Made by a program: the position numbers and the translations under genes. From assembly GCF_018977255.1 (NCBI RefSeq), contig NW_024704742.1, positions 95,110,001 to 95,174,000 on the forward strand: a stretch of DNA of 64,000 nt, in the 5' to 3' direction. Source of the stretch: Callorhinchus milii (taxonomy: Eukaryota). Under the pieces are notes generated by a model. The model worked only from the letters and a program-made list of their open reading frames with translations. It did no database searches and was not told where the DNA came from. Shown here piece after piece: positions 24,291 through 37,159 of this stretch. The first letter of the stretch is position 1, and the number at the start of each line of letters is the position of its first letter.

Positions 24291-25249
24291 TAAATTTGAC
24301 TGATATGAAACCTTGAAGTTTCAATTTGTTAGAGAAAGATTAGCTTTGTAAGATCAGATTCTCCAGAGAAAATACAAAAACAGGATATTACAATTCATTG
24401 ACATTGATTTATTTTTTCAGTCAGTGTTGATTTATAATAATCCTTGCATTTCACTTTTGCTACATCAATTAGCAATGTATGAATCAGTTGCCATAGGAAC
24501 TGACATTTTTTGTGACAAGAGTCCACTGACAAAACCCTTTCATTGAACTTTCAATGTTGTGTTAATACCCAGCCTTTGTTCACTGTCAGTCAGGCTCCGC
24601 CACTGTTAAGCGCTCTGAGACACTACCCTGCATGGAGGGCGCTATATAAGTGCAAGTTGTTGTTGTTGTTAAGGTTGTTGTTATTACATAATGGAGAGAT
24701 GCAATAAATGCATTTTGACCATTTTGATATATCTTAACACCTGTTGCTTTTTCTTCTACATCAAATGTTACGATATCTCAAAATATTTTTCACAACAATA
24801 AATTAGATACATACATTTCAAACACGCATGCACACACACGTATATTAGTGCATATTGGATGCTACTGTATACAGTATGTATTGCAAAATACATAAGCAAA
24901 AGTAGACAAAAATAGATATTCTGAATGTATGAAAAATACATATATTATTATAGATCTGTTTAGGGTTGAGACATCCAAAGTATTTTCATTCATTTTCATT
25001 ACAGGTCTGCCATGACAGAAACATAGCATAGTACATAATGTAGAATTGTAGATGGTATAATGCCACTATTATACTAAGCATCCAGTAGCATGAGGGGACA
25101 GTTTGAGTGGCAGTGTGGAAACTTGAGCATCACTCAATGGGCAACCACATTTTCCTGGCATTTAGTTCTCAGCTTGCAACTTTGCTTCTGTCTTTTTTCT
25201 TGGTCCCATAACTATTACTTACAACAACAGAACTCACTGGTGGACAATT

Positions 25250-25472
25250 GCATTTGATATAACAACTTGTCACTTCACAGAGTTTTTCTGCAATGTTTAG
25301 TGACTTTGGTTCAATATCTCAACTGAAGGTTGTCACTTCTAACACTGTAGCACTCTCCCAGCACTACACTGGAGTGTCAGCCTAGAATAAAGATTCAAAC
25401 TCCCAACACAAAGCTTGAACCCACAACCTTCTGACTCAGAAGTAAGAGTGCAACCAATGGAACCAGACTAAC
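25250..25472 (-). mobile_element. Deu-domain SINE, degenerate
   Basis: cactggagtgtcagcctaga...cttgaacccacaaccttctgactcaga is the reverse complement of the head with its B box. Confidence 0.75.
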
Positions 25473-27047
25473 TCTGCTTAAGTAAAAGGAAAATCCACCA
25501 ACACTGACATCTTAGCCGCTGAAAGCAGAACAGCAAGAGAAGAGTCAGCCACAATATTGAGCCATAATGTAGGTCACTGCCTTTTGATACCCATCAGCCC
25601 AAAACAGCAGTTCAGTCTCTGGCAACACTTTAGTATAAAGACAAAGAGGCATTAAAAATGTAATTTTGCAAAGGTAATTAAAACTAAATAATGACAAAAT
25701 AATCCTTACAATTGATATAGCACCTTTCACATTGGGAGGACATCTCAAAGAGTTTCACAGGATATATTCTACAGTACAGTCACTACAAGGACACCAAGAG
25801 AAACTCCCTTATCTTTTTGAATAATGCTATGTGTACTTTAGTGTCCATCTAGTCTGGCAGTTAAGTGATTCTTATTCCACACAGCCTTCAGAAATGCAGA
25901 AATGACTGCATTAACATCTGAACAGGCCAACCCTTGCAGTAATAGTCTATTTTCTGAATTAAATGGGCTTTGATTAAAGCCGCTAAATGTGGGCTCTTGT
26001 ATTCAGCTTGGTTGCACTGCGGGCAAGGTGTCAGCGCCTAAAACTAATGGGTTTTGATTGACAGGACCTTAAGTTTAATTGGAATGTAATTTAATTAGCC
26101 TCTTTATCTCCTTTCCTTCCTCTGGCTCGTTTGCCTCTTCAAGCTCAGCTTTTTTCTTTTTTCTCTTTTTTCTCTCTTCTTACATACTGGACAGGTAGTG
26201 GAGCCATGTGTGCAAGTGTAAAGAAGCAGAAGGGACACAATGCATAGATGCATTTTGCCAAACGTAACAGTCAGCGCTTTGGAAAGAATAAAGTGCTTGC
26301 TTGGAGTGGCAACTGTGCAATGTAAAATTCTTACCGGATGTATAACTTCTGTAAAAATCCCTATTGTTTTGGTTTGTTGTGGAAAGCCCAGCACTATTGC
26401 TGCTGGCAAAGCAGACACTGCGTTACACTGTTTCTTCATCCTACGTAAAAGGCACTAGTATGAGTGCAAGTCATTCTTGTTCTTTTACCTGTTGCTTCTT
26501 TTCTCACTGGTTGCAGCCATGACGGAGGAAATCGATAAGTGAATATCATCCTTTCATCCCCCACTCCGTCCCCAATAACACTGAACCAAATACAGAGGTG
26601 GAGTCAAATAATGGAACCGTTATCATCAGAGGTTTTCTTAGGCCCTGATGAACAATTAATGCCAGTGGTAGAGGACTCTGAGGAAAACTATTCCAAGGGC
26701 AGTGAAGAACTTGGCCGAGGAGACCACCTATGGAGGAGGATATAGAAGAGATTGGGGATTAATATTCTCCTGCCAAGTTTTTCTGGAGAAGTTACTAGCT
26801 TGTTGTGCCATGTATTCAGTCAGTCACTACTGAGACGCCTGACCCTCTTAATCATTCTTTGTTGATTTGAGACATGTTGAACTTGTCCCCATTGTCACTT
26901 AGGTTTAGAGTGGAGCAAAATATGCAGGAGCACCATCAAAATCTCATAGAGACTGCTCTGAAACGTTTTCAAACAAGAACCACTTGAACTCCACAAAAAA
27001 TGCAACAACATCATCATCTTTTATTTATCAGCGAACTGCTGGTGTCA

Positions 27048-27327
27048 GCACAGACAGCCTGGCTCATCAGCAGGACTTGTAAGGATACACTCGTCACTGG
27101 GGCAGAAAATCCTCTCCCTCAACTCCTGTTAACCCTGCAAGCCAAAGCCATAATGGGTAGGATGGTCCTAGCCAGACAAGCAGCAGGAAAGAGTACACAT
27201 TGCATTCCAGCAATCTAGCTCTGGAATTTCCACGTGTAGGTGAGATACCTGGAATTCTCAGCTTGGTTTGAATATCCTTAAGCATGGTGATGGGTTTTCC
27301 CATGTGTCAGAGAGCCGGCTGACCCCC
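27048..27327 (-). repeat. Family X, internally deleted copy retaining both ends
   Basis: 5' end gggtcagccggctctctgacacatgggaaaacccatcaccatgctt; 3' end gctgatgagccaggctgtctg; lacks the segment equivalent to ~6705-6865. Confidence 0.7.
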
Positions 27328-27619
27328 GTGAAATAAAGTGTCCAAGTAGGGTAACACCTCGGAGATCAGACACTGAGCAAGGGAGAGGGGAGAGGGAGAG
27401 AATGGGGGTGGCTATAGACATGGTTTGAGGCAAGACAAATATAGAGATAGAGAGGGGTCAAGGGGTAGAGATAGAGGGAAGGAGTTCCAGAGGTTAGGGG
27501 CATAGGATCTGATCACTGTTCACATTGATCACTGAAATTATTGATCAACATTGGTATGAGGGATACTAGCACCACTGTGCACTTTTAAACAACAATGTGG
27601 GTGTGGGTGGTAAGTTTTA

Positions 27620-27900
27620 CAATAATAATAATCTTTGCTTTGAATAGTATCTCTCATGTTGAAATGTCTCAAAACGCTTCACAAGTAATTGTTGCCAAAT
27701 GGCAGTCATTTTGCGCATATAAAGATTCCACAAATTAAGTGAATAGTCAATTTATCTAGAGGATTGTTGCCAGGACACTGGGTGAAATTCCCTTCACTTT
27801 TCAAATAGTGCCATTGGATATTTAGAGTCCACCTGAACAGGTTAATGTCTCATCCGAAGGACAGCAGCTCCGACAATGCAGTACTCTCAATATGCTCAAA
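27620..27900 (-). mobile_element. Deu-domain SINE, degenerate
   Basis: ccaggacactggg, aatagtgccat, tctcatccgaaggacagcagctccgacaatgcag. Confidence 0.75.
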
Positions 27901-30900
27901 ATAATCTTATTCCATAGCAGCAGATGGCACATCAGAGGGAGGACAGCATAGGGTGAGTGACAGATGGTTCACACAGTAACGTTTGAAAAATACTCATCAA
28001 TGAATCTCTGTGGTATCTCACTTGCAACTTGCTGGGTGTCTCTCTGGGTCCATACGCTTCTGACAAAGTTCCCCCTGTTGTATTGTTTCCCTGTTGATAG
28101 CATCATCAAGGCAGAAAGCAACTTCTCTGAGTGACAGTATTGTGCATCACATTATTGTTTTGAATGTCACCATCATCCTACGTACATCGGAGGCAGTACA
28201 TAGGATGCTCAAGGCACTAAAGTTGCTGCTTCAAGGTGTCAAAGATTGTTTCTATGTAAACTAAAGCTTTTGAAGAACTTCCAATGATTGAATGTTCCAC
28301 TGGAGGATACAGATGTGCCTGCAGTTAAAAACAATGAAATCTGAAGGTACCTGTGATCTCCCTCTATCTAGCTCTCAGTGCAGTAAGATCCCGTCCAAAA
28401 GTTGGTCAGGAGCAGCTGGTGTCAGAGGTCAAGTGCCATGACAGTTCCATTTTGAATTGCGCTCATCCACATGGCCTTTCTATATAAGACCAACAGCTTG
28501 AGACCATTAATGCTAAAAGCTGGATATTTCTCTGCATAAACTGGGATTTACCAAGACTTCTGCATAAAATAAACAACACAAATCATTACTTACATATGTC
28601 AGATATTTGATCCCACTTCCCCCCTCTCCCTGCTGGTTTGGGGTGTGTTTCTTCTTAAAACTATCAGGTGTGTGATACTAGTACAGTGGTGAGCATAACA
28701 GTTGACCTGAATTTACTTTCCAGCTATTGCAGTTGGGTTTGCGTCCCCCCACTCCCATACACACCAGCTTGGGTGCCCAGCCAATTATCTATAGTGCTTT
28801 GAGATACCCTCCTGATATGAAAGGTGGTATATCAATACATAAACTGTATTGTATTTTAAAGCAGAAAATATTAAGGAATATTTCGATGTTTTAGTCCAAT
28901 GTGAATTTGTCGTTCACAAATTACAAGTGGACACCTGATGATGTCAGCACATTACTAAATTCACCTTTATTTTAAAAACATTTCTGTGGAAGATCAGGAA
29001 GTTAACAGATAGAAATGTTTTCGAAATAACAGTATCGGTAGTTGCTGGATTAGCAGCCACAGCTCCTCTTCTGCTACCCGTTATTGTTTCTAGCCTCTAT
29101 TCCATTCACCTGCTGATCTAGCCTGCTGTCTCTTCTCTCTACTGTACAGTAACCAGCTCCCCACCTCCGCAGCAAATTTTCTTTTACAGTATTTTGCACA
29201 TTTTGTTTATCATGCAGCAACTGATTATACACACAGTGCCAAGAAACAGTCGTGCTGAGAGCCAACTGTACACCCAGGGCAAAGCGTGAATCTTTGTGAA
29301 TTCAAACGCTGAGCTTGAGTTACAGCATTGGGACTTGGTCAAAGCATGTTAAATAACCCAGACACAATAATGTAGTCTTAGTAATCGGTTCCATTTTTTT
29401 CCGAGTTGGGGGCGGTGAAGTTGAGGGAATGCTAGTTCTGGAAGACTGAACATATTTTTATCCCATCTAAATGCCGGAGGTGAAAGAACACTGTGGTCAT
29501 ATAAAGTACTACCTAGTCCCTTAGAAATTAATAAATAGAAAATATATTTAATACTTAATGGGGCGGGAGATTATTTCAGGACTTTGAAATGTTTGTTCTA
29601 TATGAAAGGTACGTGCAAGTTGTTGCTATTATTGTCCGGTATTGTAATATACCAATGTTCATTTGTCTCTCACAAATTAAAACTGAGCATAAAATGTAAC
29701 TATTGATGATATCAGCTGGTTACTAAATGCATCTTTATTTCCAAAATATTTCTCCTGCAGATCAGGAACTTAAGAGGAAAAGTTTTAAAAACAACAGTGT
29801 AAATCATTGTTGGATTAGTAGCCACAGGTACTCTAAACAGTGGATTACAAACAGTATTATAATCCACTCTTGTTTGACAGAGAGAATCAGGATTGTGTTG
29901 AAAGCCCAGCACTACAGTACTTCCAATTCTCCTTACAGGTCAGAATTAGCCCCAGATACTGATAAACAGTTAATAGCAACAACAAATTGCATTTGTATAG
30001 CATCCTTCACCCAGGGCAGCATCTCAGAGTGCTTAATAGTGGTGGAGCCTGGCACTGAGCCAGGGAGAGGGAGGAGATGACCGTAAGGAAGGTCGAAGGG
30101 GAAAGTCTTCAGTCGTGATCTAAAAGAGGGAAAGGAGGGCAATGAGGGCTTGCTTGTTTGCAGCTGCTGGTTCACATGCAATTGTTGATATTCACCTGGA
30201 GTTGAATGACAGCTTTGTGCCAGCAACTGATATGTGGGAACACAATTAACTGTATAGTGCTCTAAACAGAGTAGCCAAAGTTAGATTAACTGGTTATGTT
30301 TGAGTTTCTTGTCATTTCAAGTCTACATCTAACTAACTACCCAGGAGGAGAAGAGAGAAACTGTAAATAGATAGCACCAGAGCTAGGCAGCAGTTCCTGG
30401 TAGTTGTTCCAGTCATTGCATACCCACTGGATAAAAAAATACTTCCTGGTGTCTGTCGTGAAATTTCCTTTTTGCAACCCTAATCTTGTGTCCTCTTGTT
30501 CTACTGTGCTGGTCCTTCTGAAATTATTGTTTTGGGTTTACTTTCTGAATCCCAGTCAAAATTTTATACATCTGTATAAGATATCTCTTTTCAAAGCTCT
30601 AACACTGGGGATCATCCTCGGTTGCTCCCCTCCATGTTGCCTCAAGGGCTAGGTCAGTCTAGCCAGAGCACTATATAGCTTGCAGAGCTGGGGTCAACTC
30701 AGCTCACAGTGGTCAGATCATCCTCAGAAATTGGACATCAAAAATTGTAGCGAGATTGATAATTGTGCAGATTTAATCCTGGCCCATCAAATTAGCCTTC
30801 AATATTTCAATGCTATTGGGGAGCTATTGCATAATATGAGAACAATGGATGAGATATTGAGTCTCATTGAGAGAGAGAAAGAGAGACCCCGAGACTCACA

Positions 30901-31264
30901 TCTGCTGAAGAGCCAGTCAAAAGCAGATACCCTTCTTGGTGGCTAATTAAATCACTCTCCACACCTTTGCCAGAGTGGCATTCATCCTGCCATGGCATTC
31001 ACACCAAAGTGAACAAACCAAATTGAATATGATGCCATTGGTCAATAATTCTGCTTCTGAAAAGGAAGCATGGAATAAGGCTATGCTTACATAGACATAA
31101 GATATGAAAAAGTGCATAGGACACCGGATAAAACGGTATGTTATACACAATAGTCAAACAATTCTTTAACACATTATTTTAAACCACCAAAATATCTATT
31201 TTTGTGCTCTTTCAATTATGAAAATTAGCAGAGCTTCAAAATAAAGGATTTTTCAAAATAAAGG

Positions 31265-31597
31265 CCCGCTGCCTCCACTTATCAGGCTCTGGTCTGCTCC
31301 CCGTCTCCTGCCCGACCCACCCCACCATTGGTGGCCGGGCTTTCAGCATCTCTGCCCCCACACTCTGGAACTCCATCCTTCGCCTCGCTTCTCCCTTGCC
31401 TCCTTCAAGGCCGGTCTCAAGATCCTTCTCTTGACTGTGCCTTTGGTCTCCTTCCAATCTCTCTGTCTTTACTCACCCCTCCACCACGCCCCCCCCCCCC
31501 CCCCCATGCTCGGGCCATGACATCTAACTGTTTAGTGCTTTGGGACATCCTCCCGACATGAAAGGCGCTCTATAAATGTAATTTTGTTGCTGTTGAT
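31265..31597 (+). mobile_element. L2 LINE 3' fragment
   Basis: ggtggccgggctttcagc..ctgcccccacactctggaactcc; L2 tail. Confidence 0.85.
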
Positions 31598-32019
31598 TGA
31601 AGTAAAAGGTATTGCCTTGACACAGGGTGACTGAAAGTAATCTCTAATATTGACTTGATAAATGTTTTAATATCTGAGTTTATAAAGGGCAAATTTCTAC
31701 TTTGTGGATGAATAGCAATGGCGAGCCAACTCTGATAAGACACCTGATACATGAAATTGTGGCATTGAAGATGAAATGTGTGCAACTAACTTTCTGCTGG
31801 AGAATGCAGGAGAATACAGGTGAATAAAATTCCACTTGAATAAATGTGCAGTGGTAGATTTTGGGAAACTGAACATGAAATGGAAATTCTCCTTGGTGTA
31901 ATGGGACAGGGAGATTGGAAGGTGCAGATTCAGATACTATATTTAAAAGTTTGAAGCCAGGTGGAAAAAGCCATATACAGGACAAATGGGATACTGCGTT
32001 TAACATACAGTGATATAAA

Positions 32020-32285
32020 ATGTAATGATGATAAGGCCGGTATCTTGATAAGGCCACAGCTGAATTATTGTGTTCAATTTTGAAAGCGTAGTTATATAGA
32101 ATAGATATCAGTGCCATGGAAGGAATTCTGCTGGTTTCATTAAGATGAAAGGTATCAGAGGATATAGCTATGATGAAAGGCTTACAAAATTGGAGCGGTA
32201 TTCAATGGATCGTAATGGATCTAACAGATGTGTTCAAAATTGAAAGTTCAAAATGAAGGGATTTGAGAGAGTAAATAGCGAACAA
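32020..32285 (+). mobile_element. CR1 LINE fragment, old
   Basis: aggccacagctgaattattgtgttcaattttg (RP.L.YCVQF) and downstream CR1-like sequence. Confidence 0.6.
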
Positions 32286-32764
32286 TAGCAGTTTTATCTT
32301 CAAGTTGGATTACTACAACAACAACAATTTGTATTTTTATGGTGCCTTTCACACAGGGAAAATATCTCAAAGTGCATTATGAAGACTGAATGGGAGCACA
32401 AACTGGGAAGGCGATAAGAAGGGTAGAGAGGAGGTGTCTGAAGGTGCAATAAAAGAGATAGGGCTTTAGATGAGTTTTGAAAGTGTTCTATACCAGTCTT
32501 AGATTAAGGCCTAAGTCTGAGTTTATTTATAAACCTAGTTCAATATAATATGTAACAATTCAAATATTATTGCTCAGCTAAAATTCAGTGGATCTACTCC
32601 ACAATAATTGAAGTCTTTACTCCTCCCATGTTAAAATGTTAGCACTGTATTATTCAATGCCACAATATGTAATATGATGTCACGCATGCCTAGCTCCACT
32701 TTAGACATGCATTCAGTTAAAATAAAAGGTGATTGTTTCCCCCGATGCTATTACATTAAATAAA

Positions 32765-33270
32765 AGGGGATTGACTGGGCCAGTGAATTAAACGTGAGCC
32801 TTTCACCTCTCGACCAACAACAAATTTAGATTTATTTAGTGCCTTTCACATCAGGTGGACGTCCAAAGGTGTTGAAAGTTTCCCTGATGGGGAATCAAAC
32901 CCGAGCCGTGGCAGTGGCTGTGAGAGTGACAAATCTGACCCACTAGACCACCAGGACCTGATTCAAATACAGCCTCAGTTGATCAGATCTTTATTGTCTG
33001 TTCGCTCTGAGGATTTTGTGTCACTCCACTTCCGAATGGGTATCCACCCAGACAACGAAAATTGTCCATAATTCTTGGCAATTTCACTCAGAAAAGCTAC
33101 AGAATGGCATGTGAAATGTAAAATATCTCTCTGGTGAGGTAGGTGCTAGAGTTGAGAATAGAGGAAACTTTGCTCTGTGCCTAACTGTGCTACACCTGAT
33201 CTGGGAGTACTTGATTCTCATAGTAGTCGCTTATATTGATAAATTCATCTTGATGAGCACATCATTTATG
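32765..33270 (+). mobile_element. LF-SINE-like element interrupted at 32815-32956
   Basis: gagcctttcacctct|...|gacctgattcaaatacagcc head; ggaaactttgctctg..tgtgctacacctg; ends tgagcac, as recalled for LF-SINE. Confidence 0.55.
32815..32956 (-). pseudogene. tRNA-Glu(CTC)-derived sequence fused to an L2 3' tail
   Basis: Minus strand tcctggtggtctagtgg.tcagatttgtcactCTCacagccactgccacggctcgggtttgattccccatcagggaa, then cctttggacgtccacctgatgtgaaaggcact...ttgttgttg. Confidence 0.8.
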
Positions 33271-35439
33271 GTGGAGCGGTGGGTGGGGGGCAGTTAACTA
33301 CCAATTACAGTGCATTATGTCTGTGGATCTTATCAGATACTGCTGCAACACAAAACAGGGTCTGATCTTATAAACTGCATTTCTTCAACATTTTCCTCAG
33401 TCACTTGTTACTATGGTAACATTTTCTTTTGTGAATCAAAGAGCTGTTATATTCGAATCAGAAAGGCAAGCCTGTTCATACAAATCCGTGTTAATAATTA
33501 TCCGTCTTTTATTCATGGAGACATTGCTAAAAGGAATGAATTGTGTTCATAGCAGAAATAACATGCTGCAGAAATTAGCTCGTAAACTTGGTTCAGTTTG
33601 AAGGAGAATATTTCACATGATTAAAATTGCATAAAGCATTAATGAATTAATTTGCCAAATATAATAATACTAAAATATGAATAACGCATGAATGATTTTG
33701 CCTTTTTAAAAAAAATCTTGAATATTTATGTTCCAACTATGTTGAATCAAGTTGGGTTACCAGCATGATCAAACATTCTCTAAGCATATTACATCTCATT
33801 TAGGTAATTCAATGATCAATATCTGTCTCTACAGATCTCCTCAGCTGGTGTCTTCACTCAGTGATTCTTTTGTTGATGGTTTTTGGGTATAAGGTCCATT
33901 CCACATATTCAAGAGATTGAATCTCTTTCTTAAAAAATGACACACCAATGATCTTAAAATTCAAGCAGTTATTTAATGGGACGTGGATGGGATGAAGGTA
34001 AATCTGGAGGACTCTGGATAGATTTCTGAAATTCCTTGCATTCCTCCTGGATTTTAGCAAATGATTTCCTTGAAGTCACTTGACATCAGTTGTTCCATTA
34101 CATTAATTAGCTCATTCCATTGTTCACACTGCGCAGTTCATTACAGCTAACACACTATTCACATAACACTGAACACTCTGCTTAATAGGACATTATTGAT
34201 TTGTTGATGATAAAATATAAACTGTAAGATACCTCGGGAATTTGCTAGAGTTTCAGAGCTGAGGAACAATATCGAATAAGAGTTATTAAAAGTTAAGAGT
34301 TTTGTAAAGCAATGAGTAATGGAAGCACCTAACAAAGTATGAGTTTATACCTCAAAAGAAAATTGAACATGTCACACATAGGTATCAGCCTGGCCTGATT
34401 CTTAGCACTCTCGGTTCTGAATCAGAAAGTTGTGGGTCCAAGACCAATGTCTGGACTTTGAGACTGATAGTCTAAGTCAGGGTGGTCCAACAGGCGGCTC
34501 GTGGCATTATCCAGCGGGTGATTTTACCCGGCCCTCCACCATTTCCACCATTCCAACTTCTGCTCCCTCCCTCCCTGGTGAATGTCCTCCCAGGGCAACG
34601 GCAGGAGCTGTTGGGAGGAGTGGATATAATATAATATAATATAATACCGGCCCTTTCTGAGGTCTGTCAAGAAGGCAAGTGGGTCTCCTTATCCACTGCG
34701 TTGTTAGCAACCGCCGGCTCCTGCCACTACAGAGTGTGAACCACGCAGCTGATTGAGAGAGAGAAGGGGAGGAGAGGAGGTAAGAGGTGGGAGGGGGAGA
34801 GAGAGAGGGAGTGAGAGACAGGAGGGGAGAGAGGGGGGAAGAGAGGGGCGCGGGAGAGAGAGGGGAAGAGAGAGAGGCGGGAAGAGGGGGTGAGAGGGGG
34901 GTGGGGAGAGAAAGAGGGAGAGAGAGGGCAAGAGATGGGGTGAAAGAGAGGGGAGAGAGAGGAGGTGAGAATTGGGAGACAAACGGGGGAGAGAGAGGGG
35001 GAGGATAGAGAGTCTTTCGTGCACTCTCTCGCACACACTCTCTCTTCTCTTACACACCCTCTCTCTCCTTTCACACACACTCTCTCAATTACTCTCACTC
35101 CGCTTCTTACACCCTCTCACGCTCTCTTCCCTCTCACACCACCTCCCTCCTCTCAATCACTCTCCCCTCCTTCTCCTTTCCCTCACACCCTCTCTCCCCC
35201 TCTCAATTACTCTCTCAATCCCGCTATCCACCACACACACTCTCTCTATCCCCTCTCAAACTCTCCCTCAATCACCTTCTCTCAATCTCCCCCTCCCTCT
35301 CTCCCTATTTCTTTCTCTCCCCCTCTCCATCACATTCACTCCCTCACACACTCTCTCCCTCTCACACTACCCCCACCCCTCACACACTCCCACTCTCTCT
35401 CAATCTCTTTCTGCTCTCTTACTCTCTCAATCACCATAT

Positions 35440-35834
35440 AATATATAATAATATATAATAATCCTTGCACTGGATATAGTACCTTATCACGTGTTTGAGA
35501 CGTCTCAAAGCGATTCACAGAGTATACTCTAAAGTGAATTGACTGTGTATTTTTGGGCGAAGCGCGGCAGCCAATAGTGCACAACAGTGACCCACAAACA
35601 ATCGTGGATTGAGTGACAAAATTATTATTTTTTTTAAAACACTTTTGAAGGAATTATTACCCCCGGAAAAGTGATCCGCCAATCGACTAACAACCCTGTT
35701 CCTACTTACTGCAAGGTAAACCGAGGTGTGTGAAGTTAGGAAACTTGCCTAACGTTTCACCCTGCCGGGAATCGAACCCAGATCTCTCAATTACAAGGCG
35801 AGTGCTCTAACCTCTGAACTATATATAAGACTCC
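35440..35834 (-). mobile_element. Full-length tRNA-derived SINE, long form
   Basis: Head ggagtc...ggttagagcactcgcc...ctgggttcgattcccggcaggg; central cctcggtttaccttgcagtaagtagg; tail with (TAT)n. Confidence 0.92.
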
Positions 35835-36802
35835 TCTCTCTCCCACATCTCTCTCTCTCTCTCTCTCTCTCACTCCCGGGTTCTTATCTCTCTGTCACAC
35901 ACATACTCTCTCTCCTCTCTCTCTTCCCCACTCTCTCTCCGCCCCACTCTCTCTCCCTCTCTCCCCCACACTCTGCCCTTCTCTGTCCCCTCTCTCCCCA
36001 TCTCTCCACCTCCCCTTTTCTCTCCCCTATCCCCCCCTCTCTGCCCCCCTTCACTGCCCCCCCTCCCTGTCCCCCTCTGTGTGGGCGAGAGGGGGAGTGA
36101 GAGAGTAATTGAGAGAGAGTGTGTGCAAGAGAGTGCATAAAAGATAGGGAGTAGAGAGAGAGGGATTGAGAAAGAAAGGGAGTAGCTCCTCTCCCCCCTC
36201 ACTGTCCCTATCCGCCCTCTCTGTTTCCCTCTCTCTCCTCCTGTCTCTTCCCGATCTCATCCCCTTTTACTCTTCCCCTTTCTCTCTCCCCCTCCTCTTC
36301 TCTCTTCCTTTTCCACCCTCCCCCTCTCCCCTATCTCTCCCTCTCTCTCTCTCCCTCCCTCTCTTTCCCCCTTCCCCCCTCTCTCCCCCTCTCCCCTATA
36401 TTTCCCCCTCTCACCCATTTCTCCCCCTCCACCTATCTCTCCCCTTCTCACCCCATCTCCCCATCTCTCCCCCTCGCTCTCCCCCTCCCCCATATCTCTC
36501 TCCTGGTCTCTCCTCCTACCCCTTCTCCCCCCCACCCATCTAACCTTCTCCCCCTGCTCAATCCCTCTCTCTCCGAATTAGTCGCGCAGGTCACTACCTG
36601 CTGGAGCTGGAGGACACGGTTGGTAAGAGTCCCACTAGCCTTCCTGACAGACCTCACGAAGGACTGGTATTATTTTCACTCTCTGCACTGCGTCCTCCCA
36701 ACCGCCAGCTCCTGCCGCTGCCCTGGGAGGATGTTCACCAGGGAGGGAGGGAGCAGATGTTGGAATGTTGGAAATTGTCTTGGGCCGGGTAAATCATCAG
36801 CA

Positions 36803-37159
36803 TCATCCTTATATTTGATATAGTGCCTTATCACATCTTCGAGACGTCTCAAAACGCTTCACAGAATATACTGTAAAGTGAATTGACTGTATATTTTGTG
36901 GGTGGAATGCGGCAGACAATTGCGCACAGCAGTGTCCCACAAACAGTCATGGATTGTATGACCAAATTTTTTTTTGAAGGAATTATTAACCCCGGAAAAG
37001 CAATCTGTAAATCGACTAACAACCGGGTTCCTACTTACTGCTAGGTAAACAGAGACGTGTGGAGTAAGGAAACTTGGCCAACAGTATGCCCTGCCGGGAA
37101 TAGAACCCAGGTCTCTCACTTGCAAGACAAGTCCTCTAACCACTGAGCTGTAAGACTCC
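36803..37159 (-). mobile_element. Full-length tRNA-derived SINE, long form
   Basis: A box agctcagtgg, TGC anticodon remnant, B-box-like ggttctattcc, central block and L2-type tail. Confidence 0.92.

Noticed and set aside
27055..27075. CTGATGAG at the end of family X as a hammerhead core
   Set aside because: No GAAA partner or stem II follows.
34507..36657. Many long Ser/Leu/Pro- or Arg/Glu/Gly-rich ORFs
   Set aside because: Stop-poor GA/CT low-complexity tracts that are open in most frames.
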